64,000 bases of DNA. Source: a virus. Its lineage: Duplodnaviria; Heunggongvirae; Uroviricota; Caudoviricetes. The notes under the pieces are model-generated. The model had not been told where the DNA came from. It did no database searches and worked only from the letters and a program-made list of their open reading frames with translations. Of the stretch, positions 38,501-48,007 are shown piece by piece. The stretch is from the IMG/VR virus record IMGVR_UViG_3300036945_000956. One strand, given 5' to 3'. A program made the position numbers and the translations under genes. Within the stretch, counting starts at the first letter, position 1. Each line of letters opens with the position of its first letter.

Positions 38501-39696
38501 TTATATACTTTCAGAATAATTGTTTCGTTATTAATTCGCCCTGTAAACTCACTTGGTGATGTTTTGATTTCACTGAAGAATTTCAAGGACTTTGCCTTCG
38601 TCATACTCATCAGTTCCTTCAATGCTTCGTCAGGTTTACGAAGCATCTTCTTAGATGTATTGGTGGCATCAATACCTTGCAGTGTAGTACCTTTTAGAGT
38701 GAAGCCAGACGAACTCTGAGTCACAACATGAGCAAGGGTACGATATTTGACATTGAACAAATACAGTTCACTGGCACCAATGATATTCATGGGGTCCACA
38801 CTTGTGATCTTATATTCGACACTTTCTTTTAGATAGAGAACTTTTGACACTTGTTGTGTAGCAGATTTTGGTTTGGCAACTCGTGTTTTCCGAACAGCCT
38901 TTTTGGAAGTCATGAACTGTTCAGCATCATCAATGATGAGAGTGATGAGTTTGAGCAATTCTTTCTTCTTAGGTAGTGTTAAATGTTGATAACCTTCAAC
39001 AAGGTCAGGTGTTTTCTTTTGAAGCAATTCATTGAGTTCATCCTTGAAAGGAGTATAGTATTCAATGATTGCCTTCGCCACATTGGATGATGCATCAATC
39101 TTTTTCAGTTCATTATAAACCGAATAGTTTTCAACATCTAACCATACACCTTCATCCCATATGTCAATCACTTCTTCAATCTCGGCAATGAAGTCCGAGG
39201 TACGTTGTTTAATAATGTCAGAAGGACTCATCCGTGTTGGAGTTGTTATAACAGTCTTTTTCTTATTCAGAGAACCAGCAACAATTGCTTCCTGAAGTTT
39301 GTTTTTAATCCAAGCAATCCGATCAGCATCAAATGGTGCGCCGTTAAGATGCATTTTGCATAGACCAGCAGCAGTCATACTGGTGCGCCATGTTTCAGCT
39401 TCTTGGTAGTTTGAAAGGTCTTCTTTGGTCATGTGCTTTTTCATCCACATTGCAACCCACTTCACACCATCTTTCAGATCATAGAAATAGTTGTAATGTC
39501 GAAGTGTTTCATATACCGCTTTATTCATATCTTCAACTTGAAGCCAGTTAACAACTTCAACTCCGACATGCCGTTCTTCAAGGGTAATGGACTTACGGCC
39601 GCTACTTACAAAAGCCGTCTTTTTCTTTTTTGCAGAGATTTTAGTCAGTGCGGTAGCCATGTTCGAAGTCCTTTCAATAACTCTCAAGATCAACAT
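38497..39696 (-). CDS. Hypothetical protein (about 390 aa); probable true start MATALTK at about 39660
   Basis: Long ORF with no recognised motif. Promoter gcaatgtcaacc at 39708. Confidence 0.4.
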   Translation of the reverse strand: MLILRVIERTSNMATALTKISAKKKKTAFVSSGRKSITLEERHVGVEVVNWLQVEDMNKAVYETLRHYNYFYDLKDGVKWVAMWMKKHMTKEDLSNYQEAETWRTSMTAAGLCKMHLNGAPFDADRIAWIKNKLQEAIVAGSLNKKKTVITTPTRMSPSDIIKQRTSDFIAEIEEVIDIWDEGVWLDVENYSVYNELKKIDASSNVAKAIIEYYTPFKDELNELLQKKTPDLVEGYQHLTLPKKKELLKLITLIIDDAEQFMTSKKAVRKTRVAKPKSATQQVSKVLYLKESVEYKITSVDPMNIIGASELYLFNVKYRTLAHVVTQSSSGFTLKGTTLQGIDATNTSKKMLRKPDEALKELMSMTKAKSLKFFSEIKTSPSEFTGRINNETIILKVYK

Positions 39697-39716
39697 AACT
39701 TACTTATATGGCAATG

Positions 39717-40655
39717 TCAACCACTTTTTTGCAAAATGTTGTGCATTAGATTCTTCCATTGAATTGCACGATTATCCCAACTATAGACCACATCAGCAAT
39801 TGACTTTTCAACGGCAAGATTATTCATATGTTTTGATAGCATAGTTTTATCATTGTGGATCATAATTGCTTGTCGAAGATTGTTATAGAAAATCATTGCG
39901 TGAGTATTTGGATCTTCATGATAGTCATACATATGAGTAAGACTCAATGATGTTTCTGGTAGCGCAGCCAACGATGAGTGGACACAAGTAAGCCCAGCAG
40001 ACATTGCTTCAATAAGAACTAGGCATGATGTTTCAGCCCATGTAGATGGATAAGCAAGAATATGATTGCGCTTGAGTTCTTCACGAATCTGATCATTTGA
40101 TACTGATTTGCTATAATTGATCTGAGGATGATCCTCAAGTTTCTTAAATAGATCCTTGTGTTGTTCATCACGCTCGGGCCATGCATATAGATCAAATGAA
40201 CTGAATATATTCAATTCTAAGTTTGGAAACTCTTTTGCCAATGGAACAAAAGCTGCATATAGAATATCCAACCCACGATGGGGAGTAGAGTAATACATCA
40301 GACGAATTTTGTCTGTTGGCTTAGTATGTTCTTCAATTGGAGTGATTGCATTTTTCAATACAACACCAGCTGAAGGTGGCACACCAAGATAATCAAAGAA
40401 TTGTTGTTTCTGCCAATGACTTACAAAGACAAGTTTGTCAAAGTTTTTCCAACCACCATTACGTAGATGATCATGCATAGGATCAAGTGCAAGGTCATGT
40501 AATACCAAAATGTTCTTCTTGGTAAAACTAATATTTGTTTCACGTGAATGCATAATATTAAAATGTGAAAGTAACTCGGCAGGGAGAGTATTAATTCTCC
40601 CTGCCATCAGTTCAGTGCCGCCTCTTGGCTTTAATTCAGACATCATATCCGGCAT
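39717..40655 (-). CDS. Glycosyltransferase, GT4-like (GT-B fold)
   Basis: ETSCLVLIEAMSAGLTCV matches the E-x7-E motif of retaining GT4 enzymes. 312 aa. Confidence 0.55.
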   Translation of the reverse strand: MPDMMSELKPRGGTELMAGRINTLPAELLSHFNIMHSRETNISFTKKNILVLHDLALDPMHDHLRNGGWKNFDKLVFVSHWQKQQFFDYLGVPPSAGVVLKNAITPIEEHTKPTDKIRLMYYSTPHRGLDILYAAFVPLAKEFPNLELNIFSSFDLYAWPERDEQHKDLFKKLEDHPQINYSKSVSNDQIREELKRNHILAYPSTWAETSCLVLIEAMSAGLTCVHSSLAALPETSLSLTHMYDYHEDPNTHAMIFYNNLRQAIMIHNDKTMLSKHMNNLAVEKSIADVVYSWDNRAIQWKNLMHNILQKSG

Positions 40656-41031
40656 ACTCTTCTTCTAAGTCTAGATGGTCAAAGATCACGCCGTTTACTG
40701 AAATGAGAGAGTCCCATCTGAATGAGCGCCAGCCTTGATTAATCAAATCAAATACAGCCACGACATCAGGATTTGTTGCTTTCTTTTGTACTGCTTCTTC
40801 AAGACCAACTTGATCAGGAAGAGATTCTGCTTTCAGTGTTGCAGTCATAACACGAACTGTGCCATCCTTCTTTACAAATTCCAGATCAACAGTTTCAGTG
40901 TGTAGCAGTTCAAGTACTTTAGATTTTTCCATTACCATAGTCTCCCATTGTGTTTTCAATTTCAGCGGCAAAGTCAGTATAGCCACCAATGTAACGATCA
41001 TCCCACCAGATTTGTGGTAGGGTCTTAACAC
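40636..41031 (-). CDS. Hypothetical protein; true start probably the internal MVMEK at about 40925, giving only a short overlap with the upstream gene
   Basis: The ORF overlaps the glutaredoxin gene in another frame. The conserved-looking block is KKDGTVRVMTATL...WRSFRWDSLISVNGV. Confidence 0.4.
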   Translation of the reverse strand: MLRPYHKSGGMIVTLVAILTLPLKLKTQWETMVMEKSKVLELLHTETVDLEFVKKDGTVRVMTATLKAESLPDQVGLEEAVQKKATNPDVVAVFDLINQGWRSFRWDSLISVNGVIFDHLDLEEEYAGYDV

Positions 41032-41173
41032 CTGGCATTAGAGCACTCAATTCAAAAATGAATTGGATATTATCATCGACATTACGATAGTCATGTGTCA
41101 ATGAACGACTTTCAGCCAATCCCTTAGCTGCAGTGCACCATTTGCAATTATTCTTTGCATAGATGGTGATCAT
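40919..41173 (-). CDS. nrdC: Glutaredoxin/thioredoxin (NrdC-like)
   Basis: CKWC active site near the N-terminus. 84 aa. Glutaredoxin-like C-terminal GGY motif. Confidence 0.65.
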   Translation of the reverse strand: MITIYAKNNCKWCTAAKGLAESRSLTHDYRNVDDNIQFIFELSALMPGVKTLPQIWWDDRYIGGYTDFAAEIENTMGDYGNGKI

Positions 41174-41436
41174 GCCTCAACTTCTTTCATACCCTTTTGG
41201 TTATGCTTCAAAGAGTTGATGTAATCTTTACCATTCACCTTGATAACCTTGTTTGGCATTACCTTGCCATTTTTACCCAAAACAGGCAATGACCAAACCA
41301 CATTCTTACCTTTTTGAAGGGCAGCAATTTGATTCAAAAGCTTTTGAGCAGGATCTTTCACCGAGGTACTCATACAACTGATACGTTCACCCTTCGAAGT
41401 CTTAACACCGCTCGAACTTTTTTTACCTTTAGCCAT
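41170..41436 (-). CDS. Hypothetical basic protein
   Basis: 88 aa. Confidence 0.35.
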   Translation of the reverse strand: MAKGKKSSSGVKTSKGERISCMSTSVKDPAQKLLNQIAALQKGKNVVWSLPVLGKNGKVMPNKVIKVNGKDYINSLKHNQKGMKEVEA

Positions 41437-41667
41437 TTTATATTCCTTACTTTTCTAGGGATTCAATACGATATTCAAGTTCATCAAGTTCACTTATGAA
41501 CTTTAATTTAATTTCATTTGCACGTTCATATGCTTCTTTTGTGTGGTTATGACTAGTCCCATAAACAGACTTTGCAACATCTGCTGATCGTTGTAGTTCA
41601 ACATAAATTAGAAATAGTGATTTAAGTGACATAATAATCTCCGATATGTTTACTATATATCAAGCAT

Positions 41668-41994
41668 TTAGTATGTCAACATATTTCTACGCCATTTTGT
41701 AACCCAGGATAATTTCTGCTCCTTAGTCCATTCGTTCAGATAATCATTATCTTTATCAAACAACTCGAGCAGTTGAGTTTCATCTAATAGAACACTGTCA
41801 ATGATTGTTTCACCAAGGTGCTTTTGTGAAAACTCCTCTACATCTTCACATGTAACACAATCCTCTGCCCATTCAAGTTCTAGACCTTCAATTGGTACTT
41901 CTGGATTCAAAGCTTGAAGTTGATCTACTGGAATTGCATAACGATTTCGAAAAGTAGAAATTACTGTAACCATTGCATATTGAGTCATAGACAA
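41668..41994 (-). CDS. Hypothetical protein
   Basis: 108 aa. Promoter agtatgtcaaca at 41668. Confidence 0.35.
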   Translation of the reverse strand: MSMTQYAMVTVISTFRNRYAIPVDQLQALNPEVPIEGLELEWAEDCVTCEDVEEFSQKHLGETIIDSVLLDETQLLELFDKDNDYLNEWTKEQKLSWVTKWRRNMLTY

Positions 41995-42123
41995 TCCTCA
42001 TCTGAATAATAGTTGTCAGCATGCCAAACAATGAATTCCCATACAATGTTTTCAAATGCTTTGCTAATAAAGTAAATACCACCAAACAAAAGTACATTTG
42101 GTAGAACGTAGTATAAAATTAAA

Positions 42124-42522
42124 TCAATCATTCTTGTCCCAATCTAATAGAGTGTCTTTATCTTTGTAAAATGGCAGGGTGGTTTTCCAACTGTTGGTAT
42201 TCTCAATAACATATTCGTAATTATTAAACCTCATGTTATCACGAAGGATACTATTTTCTTTTGTATCTGGAATATCATCAAGTGTTAAGAGTCTACCACC
42301 AAGGTAATACATGCCAGATTCTTTGACAGTCTTTGGCGACCAACCATCACTTTCTTTAGTTTTAAATCTAAAGCCATATGGGGTAGCGCCGTGACGTTCT
42401 TTAATCTTTTTAGCATAGTATACAGCTAGATCAACACTCCACATGTCAATCTCTTTTGTTGTGGTCTCTGATACAAAAGTTCCAGGAGAGTGAAAAGTTA
42501 CATAGTGTTTTTGGTCATTCAT
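42124..42522 (-). CDS. Hypothetical protein
   Basis: 132 aa. Confidence 0.35.
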   Translation of the reverse strand: MNDQKHYVTFHSPGTFVSETTTKEIDMWSVDLAVYYAKKIKERHGATPYGFRFKTKESDGWSPKTVKESGMYYLGGRLLTLDDIPDTKENSILRDNMRFNNYEYVIENTNSWKTTLPFYKDKDTLLDWDKND

Positions 42523-42797
42523 TCTGTTTTCTCCAGTTCAGCCAGCACCTCATAAATCCCGCCTTCCAGTCCAAACTTATCACGTAAATCCCGCAGCGCC
42601 TCCACAGCCTTAGCCAGCTTGGCTTCTGCGGCAAGGCGTTCCTCTACTCTCGCATTTGCAAAATCTCGCCAATAGTCGGCAGCGTCCCTTGCCGTGGCTC
42701 GTTCCTTCACCAACTGTTCAATGCGGTTGGCTGCATCATGCACAGTATAACCCCATGCGTTTTGGCGTAGTCCACGTATCAATTCTTCGTCGGTCAT
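42519..42797 (-). CDS. Hypothetical protein, paralog A of a tandem pair, GC-rich
   Basis: Shares N-terminal L..LRQNAWGYTVHDAANRIEQLV with the adjacent gene (GRNGFGWTEDAADRIEQLV). GC is about 50 percent. Confidence 0.45.
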   Translation of the reverse strand: MTDEELIRGLRQNAWGYTVHDAANRIEQLVKERATARDAADYWRDFANARVEERLAAEAKLAKAVEALRDLRDKFGLEGGIYEVLAELEKTE

Positions 42798-43138
42798 TTT
42801 TTATCCAGTTCGGTAATAAAGTATTGTGCATCATCCAACATGATGCGCCACTCGTCATCGTCGCCATCTGGCGCAATGTCGATTATGTCCTTAATAACAC
42901 CAATAGCTTTAGTCAGCTTGGCTTCTGCATCTTTACGCTTGCAACCACTTTCGCGCAGTGTCTCAACCAGAGATTCCTGTGCCCCAGCAAGACTCTTGTT
43001 GTCTTCCACCAACTGCTCAATGCGGTCAGCGGCATCTTCTGTCCATCCAAAGCCGTTGCGACCACGTAGTGTTTCAATCAACTCTTTATCAGTCATCGTT
43101 TTGCTCCCACTCCTACTGCAAGACCGAGTGCGACCCAA
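42794..43138 (-). CDS. Hypothetical protein, paralog B of the tandem pair, GC-rich
   Basis: See paralog A. Overlaps it by 4 nt. Confidence 0.45.
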   Translation of the reverse strand: MGRTRSCSRSGSKTMTDKELIETLRGRNGFGWTEDAADRIEQLVEDNKSLAGAQESLVETLRESGCKRKDAEAKLTKAIGVIKDIIDIAPDGDDDEWRIMLDDAQYFITELDKK

Positions 43139-43277
43139 CCAACAACTTGGTCAGCAGGTTCACCAAAAAGCCAAGCAAAGAAATACACTACACCTATAAC
43201 AATCAACACATCAACAAGGCTTGAAAAGCTCACATTCCGCAGACCTTCAACAAAACCTTCTTTAAACTTATTCCACA

Positions 43278-43721
43278 TCAGAAATCCTCCGTTCCTTGAT
43301 ACACATCAGCAACAAACACACCATTCTCACGCAGCATCTTCACAACACGAGGACGGTCATCAAACCACAGATCAGGCTTTTGGCCCCAATCAAGAACAAT
43401 ATGTGCCAGAAGTAAACTCTTGACAATGTCGTCTGACCGATGATCTTTCTCCGCCCTCATGTATAATTTCTTAAACCTAATGTTATGTCTGTTCAACCAG
43501 TTTTCAGTTACTTCACGATTTTCTTCACCACGACCAGTGCACAGGATAACATGATGGCCTAGAAGAGACATGCTACGAGCCATAAAGCAAATCGGTTCAA
43601 TAGGTATGTCATTGATCATTTCCGACTTGAACATATTCCAGTTCTTTGGTTCTTCACGCCAGTAATGAACACGGTGGCTCAGATCAGCAAGTGTACCATC
43701 AATATCGAAACAGATCAGCAT
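43278..43721 (-). CDS. HAD-superfamily phosphatase
   Basis: Motif I ICFDIDGTLAD (DxDGT). 147 aa. Confidence 0.5.
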   Translation of the reverse strand: MLICFDIDGTLADLSHRVHYWREEPKNWNMFKSEMINDIPIEPICFMARSMSLLGHHVILCTGRGEENREVTENWLNRHNIRFKKLYMRAEKDHRSDDIVKSLLLAHIVLDWGQKPDLWFDDRPRVVKMLRENGVFVADVYQGTEDF

Positions 43722-43723
43722 AG

Positions 43724-44005
43724 TTATTCTCCTTCAAACCCGATCAACTCAACCACCGTATAACAAGGGGCCACAGTAAACGGCAAACCAAATTTATCTT
43801 TTTTGAACAAACCCCACAAAAAGTCATAGATGGCTTGTTCAGCTTCTTTACGAGTTTCAAATTGTTTGTCTGAGTATTCATCACCAAACAAGAATTCACC
43901 TGGAGTACCTTCAGACCAGTTAGAAGCAACAGGGCGGATCATCAAGCCTTCTTTAGTTAATTGACGGATTACATAAACTCTGGTCAACATGGTTATTTCC
44001 TTCAT
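43724..44005 (-). CDS. Hypothetical protein; likely start MLTRV after the cassette SD
   Basis: ATGAAGGAAATAACCATG within the promoter cassette. Confidence 0.4.
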   Translation of the reverse strand: MKEITMLTRVYVIRQLTKEGLMIRPVASNWSEGTPGEFLFGDEYSDKQFETRKEAEQAIYDFLWGLFKKDKFGLPFTVAPCYTVVELIGFEGE

Positions 44006-44050
44006 TGGTTACATATACTTTATAAAACAATTCAAAGCAAATGTCAACAA

Positions 44051-44374
44051 CTATTTTTGTAAAAAGAATAATATAAGCCAAAAGGCTGACATTATTGTGA
44101 ACACACTCACAGCAATAAAGATTTGTCCATTAACTGCATCTCTCAAGTCTCGTTTTACTTTTTGAGTTGTATTAATTTGTTCTTGTAACATTCTATAATA
44201 TTTCTGGGACTCAGTTCGAGCTTGAGTAACCAGCTGTGCCCACTGCTCGTCTCGCTCTTGGTCAATTGGTGCATCAGCTTTCAAACCTTTCTTGCGAGCC
44301 ATGCGAAGGCAAGCAATAGCTTCATCTTCGGAAGTGGTGCTTAGAGCCTTGGCTATTAGTTGATTAGCACTCAT
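44051..44374 (-). CDS. Hypothetical membrane-anchored protein (C-terminal TM)
   Basis: 107 aa. C-terminal IFIAVSVFTIMSAFWLILFFL. Confidence 0.35.
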   Translation of the reverse strand: MSANQLIAKALSTTSEDEAIACLRMARKKGLKADAPIDQERDEQWAQLVTQARTESQKYYRMLQEQINTTQKVKRDLRDAVNGQIFIAVSVFTIMSAFWLILFFLQK

Positions 44375-44748
44375 TTTCTGAACTCCAAGTAATTGTTCAA
44401 CAGACCTTCGATGTTCGCTTTACCGATAAGATTCTTTGAGTGAACATAGAATGCAAAGTCTGCAGGGAACTGCATATGTGGTTCATCAGGAAAGTCAAGG
44501 GCATCATTAATTAGCCTTTTGGCAAGCACATTTCCTGTCAGTTGATTTACACCCAAGTCATGGTCAAACGAGATAAACTTAGGCATACTGCATCGGCTGA
44601 TGATCATTCTACTTGCAGATGAAACACTCCGAACAACCACCCACTCTTCATTACGATACATTTCTTGAACCTGCCAAGGAGCCCAAGTCACATCAGCAGG
44701 CATTCTTTCATCATCTAGAAATAGATTCCAAGTCATGTCAATATCCAC
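44371..44748 (-). CDS. Hypothetical protein
   Basis: 125 aa. Confidence 0.35.
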   Translation of the reverse strand: MDIDMTWNLFLDDERMPADVTWAPWQVQEMYRNEEWVVVRSVSSASRMIISRCSMPKFISFDHDLGVNQLTGNVLAKRLINDALDFPDEPHMQFPADFAFYVHSKNLIGKANIEGLLNNYLEFRK

Positions 44749-45008
44749 TTAAAAATTTCAGAGTCGACCATAATAGTGCCGAAATACAAAAGAGATGGGC
44801 TAAAGTCCTTGTTGTTGCGGAAAGCATGGCAATATGCGATAAAACAAGTAATCATTTTGACACACAGACTCCATCTATACCTTTCCATAACCCTGTGAAC
44901 CTTGAATTTTTTCCAATGCATCTTGACATGTTTTGAAAGAATTAAAATCTATCATAGCAATTGTATGTGCACCAGAGACTCCCCACCCAACTAAAATAAG
45001 AACATACA

Positions 45009-45311
45009 TCATTTCCACACCTGTGCTGTCACATCATACCCATCAAAACGAGACACAAGGATCACATCATATCCTTCAAGTTCTGCTACATGCTTTTTCA
45101 GATGCCGTCTAAACGCTTTGTAACTACGGCAAGGCGCATGGGTAGACCCACTCCATTTCACGTCAAGTGTAGAAGTCACCCACCGACGAGTTTCATAGCA
45201 CCACCACAGAGGTGGCTGATCTTTATCACGAGTCCATGTTGTAATCCCCATGAAGCGACTGTTCATAATCCGTTCACGAATACCAGCTTCAAAGCCAATC
45301 ATCATTTTCAT
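45009..45311 (-). CDS. Hypothetical protein
   Basis: 100 aa. Confidence 0.3.
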   Translation of the reverse strand: MKMMIGFEAGIRERIMNSRFMGITTWTRDKDQPPLWWCYETRRWVTSTLDVKWSGSTHAPCRSYKAFRRHLKKHVAELEGYDVILVSRFDGYDVTAQVWK

Positions 45312-45516
45312 TTTATACCTCCACGGCAGTTACAGTATCATCAGCTTGTTCATAATAGTCAGGAGCAGTTGCAGCAGTATTCTTATCGTCATACCACTTA
45401 ATACGAGCTTTGGCTTCTTGCAGTGTATCAAAGTCTTCGGTCCAATGGTCTTGACCCCAACCACGTTCAGACGATAGACATTTAATCCGAAACTTGACAG
45501 TCATAGTGTATTCCTT

Positions 45517-45780
45517 TCAATAAGCAAAATCGGGGTGAGAACGACCATATGTATCACGAGTTCCAATAACCTCAGTACGTTTGATAAAAGACTTCATTTT
45601 CTTTGGAGTTCCATAAGTCTTAACAGCTTTTTCAGGGTTTTTGAGAACGATATTTGCCACAGCATATTTCAGAACATCACGATATTCTTTTGGTGTGGCA
45701 TCATAGAGTTCCATTATTTCTTGGGAAGTACGTTTTGGACCTTTTGGAAAACCTGTTACACCGTTGTTGTTAATTGTCAT
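45517..45780 (-). CDS. Hypothetical protein
   Basis: 87 aa. Confidence 0.3.
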   Translation of the reverse strand: MTINNNGVTGFPKGPKRTSQEIMELYDATPKEYRDVLKYAVANIVLKNPEKAVKTYGTPKKMKSFIKRTEVIGTRDTYGRSHPDFAY

Positions 45781-45788
45781 TGTTTATC

Positions 45789-46127
45789 TCACTCAGCTTC
45801 TGTTACTTCAATTGCCACTACATGGAATTCAGCAGGACCTTCATCTGCATACCACTCGTCTTCTGGGTCAAACCAGCAAAAGTCAGACAGTGGAATAAAA
45901 CTAATTCCATTAGGACCTTTAGAATTGACAAAATACCGTTTAGTTTTGAAAGTGCTATGACGGCCCATTTCACTTACAGACACTTCAACTAAACGACTTG
46001 TGACGTCACAACAAATGCCGTCGATTTCAATAACTCTGATGTCAGTCAGTACTTTACCACCAGCTTTGTAAACATGGTGGCCATATTCATCTTCAAAGTA
46101 AATAGTGTGTTTCATCTTCATCTCCAT
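45789..46127 (-). CDS. Hypothetical protein
   Basis: 112 aa. Promoter with tgtcaa at 46163. Confidence 0.35.
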   Translation of the reverse strand: MEMKMKHTIYFEDEYGHHVYKAGGKVLTDIRVIEIDGICCDVTSRLVEVSVSEMGRHSTFKTKRYFVNSKGPNGISFIPLSDFCWFDPEDEWYADEGPAEFHVVAIEVTEAE

Positions 46128-46178
46128 TTGATATATACTTTATAAAACAAATCAAAGCAAATGTCAACAACTAAATGC

Positions 46179-46209
46179 AAAAAAGGCGACCGAAGCCGCC
46201 TTTTGTTTT
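46179..46209 (-). terminator. Terminator variant (GGCGGCTTCGGTCGCC plus T-run) fused to a promoter
   Basis: AAAAAAGGCGACCGAAGCCGCCTTTTG directly after the SPFH stop. Confidence 0.65.
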
Positions 46210-46226
46210 ATAATATATTCAAAATG

Positions 46227-47171
46227 TTACTTAACTACATCCATGAAAGGCACAGTCGAGTCAGGAATCATAGTGGTTGGCAGTGCACCATTCCAGCGTT
46301 CGGCTTGGATCAGAGCAATCAAACCAGCATTATCTTTCAGAGCTTCTGCTTTTGCCTTAATAGCACTTGCCTCGGCTTCACCTTGGATACGAGTTGCCTC
46401 TGCAGCAGCCTTTGCTTCGGCAAGTTTTGAGTCAGCCGCGGCTTGAGCTTGGATCACAGTAATCTCTGCAGTGATCTTTTCACGCTCGGCATTTTGTTTG
46501 ACCTTCTGAACTTCAACTTCTGCTTCCATACGGGCAGCAATTGCACGCTCATAACCGTCATCAAAGTCGATGTTTTCAATCTGAACGGATTCGATGATGA
46601 TAGGACCTTTGACCGATTCCATCAAAGCAGTCGAAACTTCATTGACCAACCGACCACGCTCATTGATAGCAGTCACAGCATTGAAGCGACCAAACACATT
46701 TTTTACAGCTTGCGGGACTTGACGGTCAAGCAAACGATTCACAACACCTTCAGCGCCACCATATTCACCATAAATGGTTTCAACTTGATCAGCTGGCAAG
46801 CGATAGTTGACTGAGATCATCAAGCTAGCAGTTTGCTGGTCTTTCGAGTAAGTCTGGACATTTTCATAAGTGCGAGCTTGAGACTGCACACTGATGTCGA
46901 CAACAGAGTCGATCACAGGCATCTTAAAGCCAAGACCAGGTTCAGCAGTGCCAACAACAGCACCGTTGCGCAGCTGCACACCACGATAACCTTCACCTAC
47001 AGTATACCACGAACCACCAAGAACGGTCAGGGCAACAAGACCAGCAACAGCAGCAACACCGGATCCAACAACAGCATTCATTTTCATTTTCCTTACATAT
47101 TGATTATAACGTTTTTTAGCAGCTTCGTATTCCGCATTAGTTTTGAAGTCCCAACGTTCGGGTTTATTCAT
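46227..47171 (-). CDS. SPFH/band-7 (stomatin, prohibitin, HflC-like) domain protein
   Basis: N-terminal TM, then a band-7 domain with an Ala and Glu-rich coiled-coil tail (AQAAADSKLAEAKAAAEATRIQGEAEASAIKAKAEAL). Elevated GC. Confidence 0.65.
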   Translation of the reverse strand: MNKPERWDFKTNAEYEAAKKRYNQYVRKMKMNAVVGSGVAAVAGLVALTVLGGSWYTVGEGYRGVQLRNGAVVGTAEPGLGFKMPVIDSVVDISVQSQARTYENVQTYSKDQQTASLMISVNYRLPADQVETIYGEYGGAEGVVNRLLDRQVPQAVKNVFGRFNAVTAINERGRLVNEVSTALMESVKGPIIIESVQIENIDFDDGYERAIAARMEAEVEVQKVKQNAEREKITAEITVIQAQAAADSKLAEAKAAAEATRIQGEAEASAIKAKAEALKDNAGLIALIQAERWNGALPTTMIPDSTVPFMDVVK

Positions 47172-47328
47172 TAGTGTTATCTTTCACGCTCATATTTCCA
47201 TTTTCATCAGTCTTGTACTCATACGGGTTTGGTTGTTTCTTGAAGGTGATGTTTTGCACCAACCAATAAGCACCTGCAGCAAACACTGCTGCAACAACAA
47301 TCATACCCAACATTGTATAGATAGCCAT
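47164..47328 (-). CDS. Small single-TM membrane protein (NfeD/YqiJ-like partner), overlapping the SPFH start by 8 nt
   Basis: 54 aa MAIYTMLGMIVVAAVFAAGAYWLVQNI... Not in the ORF track because it is under 60 aa. Found by reading the minus strand. Confidence 0.45.
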   Translation of the reverse strand: MAIYTMLGMIVVAAVFAAGAYWLVQNITFKKQPNPYEYKTDENGNMSVKDNTNE

Positions 47329-47329
47329 T

Positions 47330-47614
47330 TTAGTATTCCTTCATTTTATTGATAATATCAACCCACATATCAATCTCTTTGTTTTTGTTTGCGAGCATAG
47401 TAATCAGCCATTTGATCCGATCAATTGAATTAGCATGCCGCCAATCCTTTGAGTCATATAGATCATCGGGCAACAATTCACGCAACTCAACTTGTAGTGG
47501 CGAACAATCACACGTGCCATAAGAACAGCAATATGGACAAAATTCGTCTTTTGATAGGATAAAGTCTGTCATTTGATGTATTCCTCTATTGGTTCCAAAA
47601 CTTTGTTGCATCAC
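47330..47614 (-). CDS. Hypothetical Cys-rich protein
   Basis: 94 aa with CPYCCSYGTCDC. Confidence 0.35.
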   Translation of the reverse strand: MMQQSFGTNRGIHQMTDFILSKDEFCPYCCSYGTCDCSPLQVELRELLPDDLYDSKDWRHANSIDRIKWLITMLANKNKEIDMWVDIINKMKEY

Positions 47615-47673
47615 GAGGTGTTAGGTTTTTGCTCTTAAAGCAATCTTCAAGTCTTCTTCACTAAACGTGAAAG

Positions 47674-47892
47674 TCATTTTTCCTCCACAATATCTTGAAA
47701 GAATTGAAGCAGTTCTTCCTTTTGATCTGCAACAGTTTCTTCATGAGAGATGAAGATACCATTCGTATCCCATCTCTCATTGTTCAATCCATCTTTCAGG
47801 ACCACCATGACACCATTACCTTCAGACCACATCTTTCCGACCTTGGTCAGTCGACGTTTACCTAACCACTTGGTGATCATAGCAGTATTCAT
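47674..47892 (-). CDS. Hypothetical protein
   Basis: 72 aa. SD AGGAGG. Promoter with tgtcaa at 47953. Confidence 0.4.
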   Translation of the reverse strand: MNTAMITKWLGKRRLTKVGKMWSEGNGVMVVLKDGLNNERWDTNGIFISHEETVADQKEELLQFFQDIVEEK

Positions 47893-48007
47893 GTAAGGTC
47901 CTCCTAGACCTGTTGCCTACATATATTTTATATACCAACCAAAACCAAATGTCAACAACTATTTTGTCTCATTTTGCAATTATCACCGTGCCATCTGTTA
48001 TGGTTTC

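Noticed and set aside
40636-41031. Apparent 113 bp out-of-frame overlap between the 131 aa ORF and the glutaredoxin gene
   Set aside because: It is more simply explained by a later in-frame start (MVMEK at about 40925) than by a genuine long overlap or frameshift.
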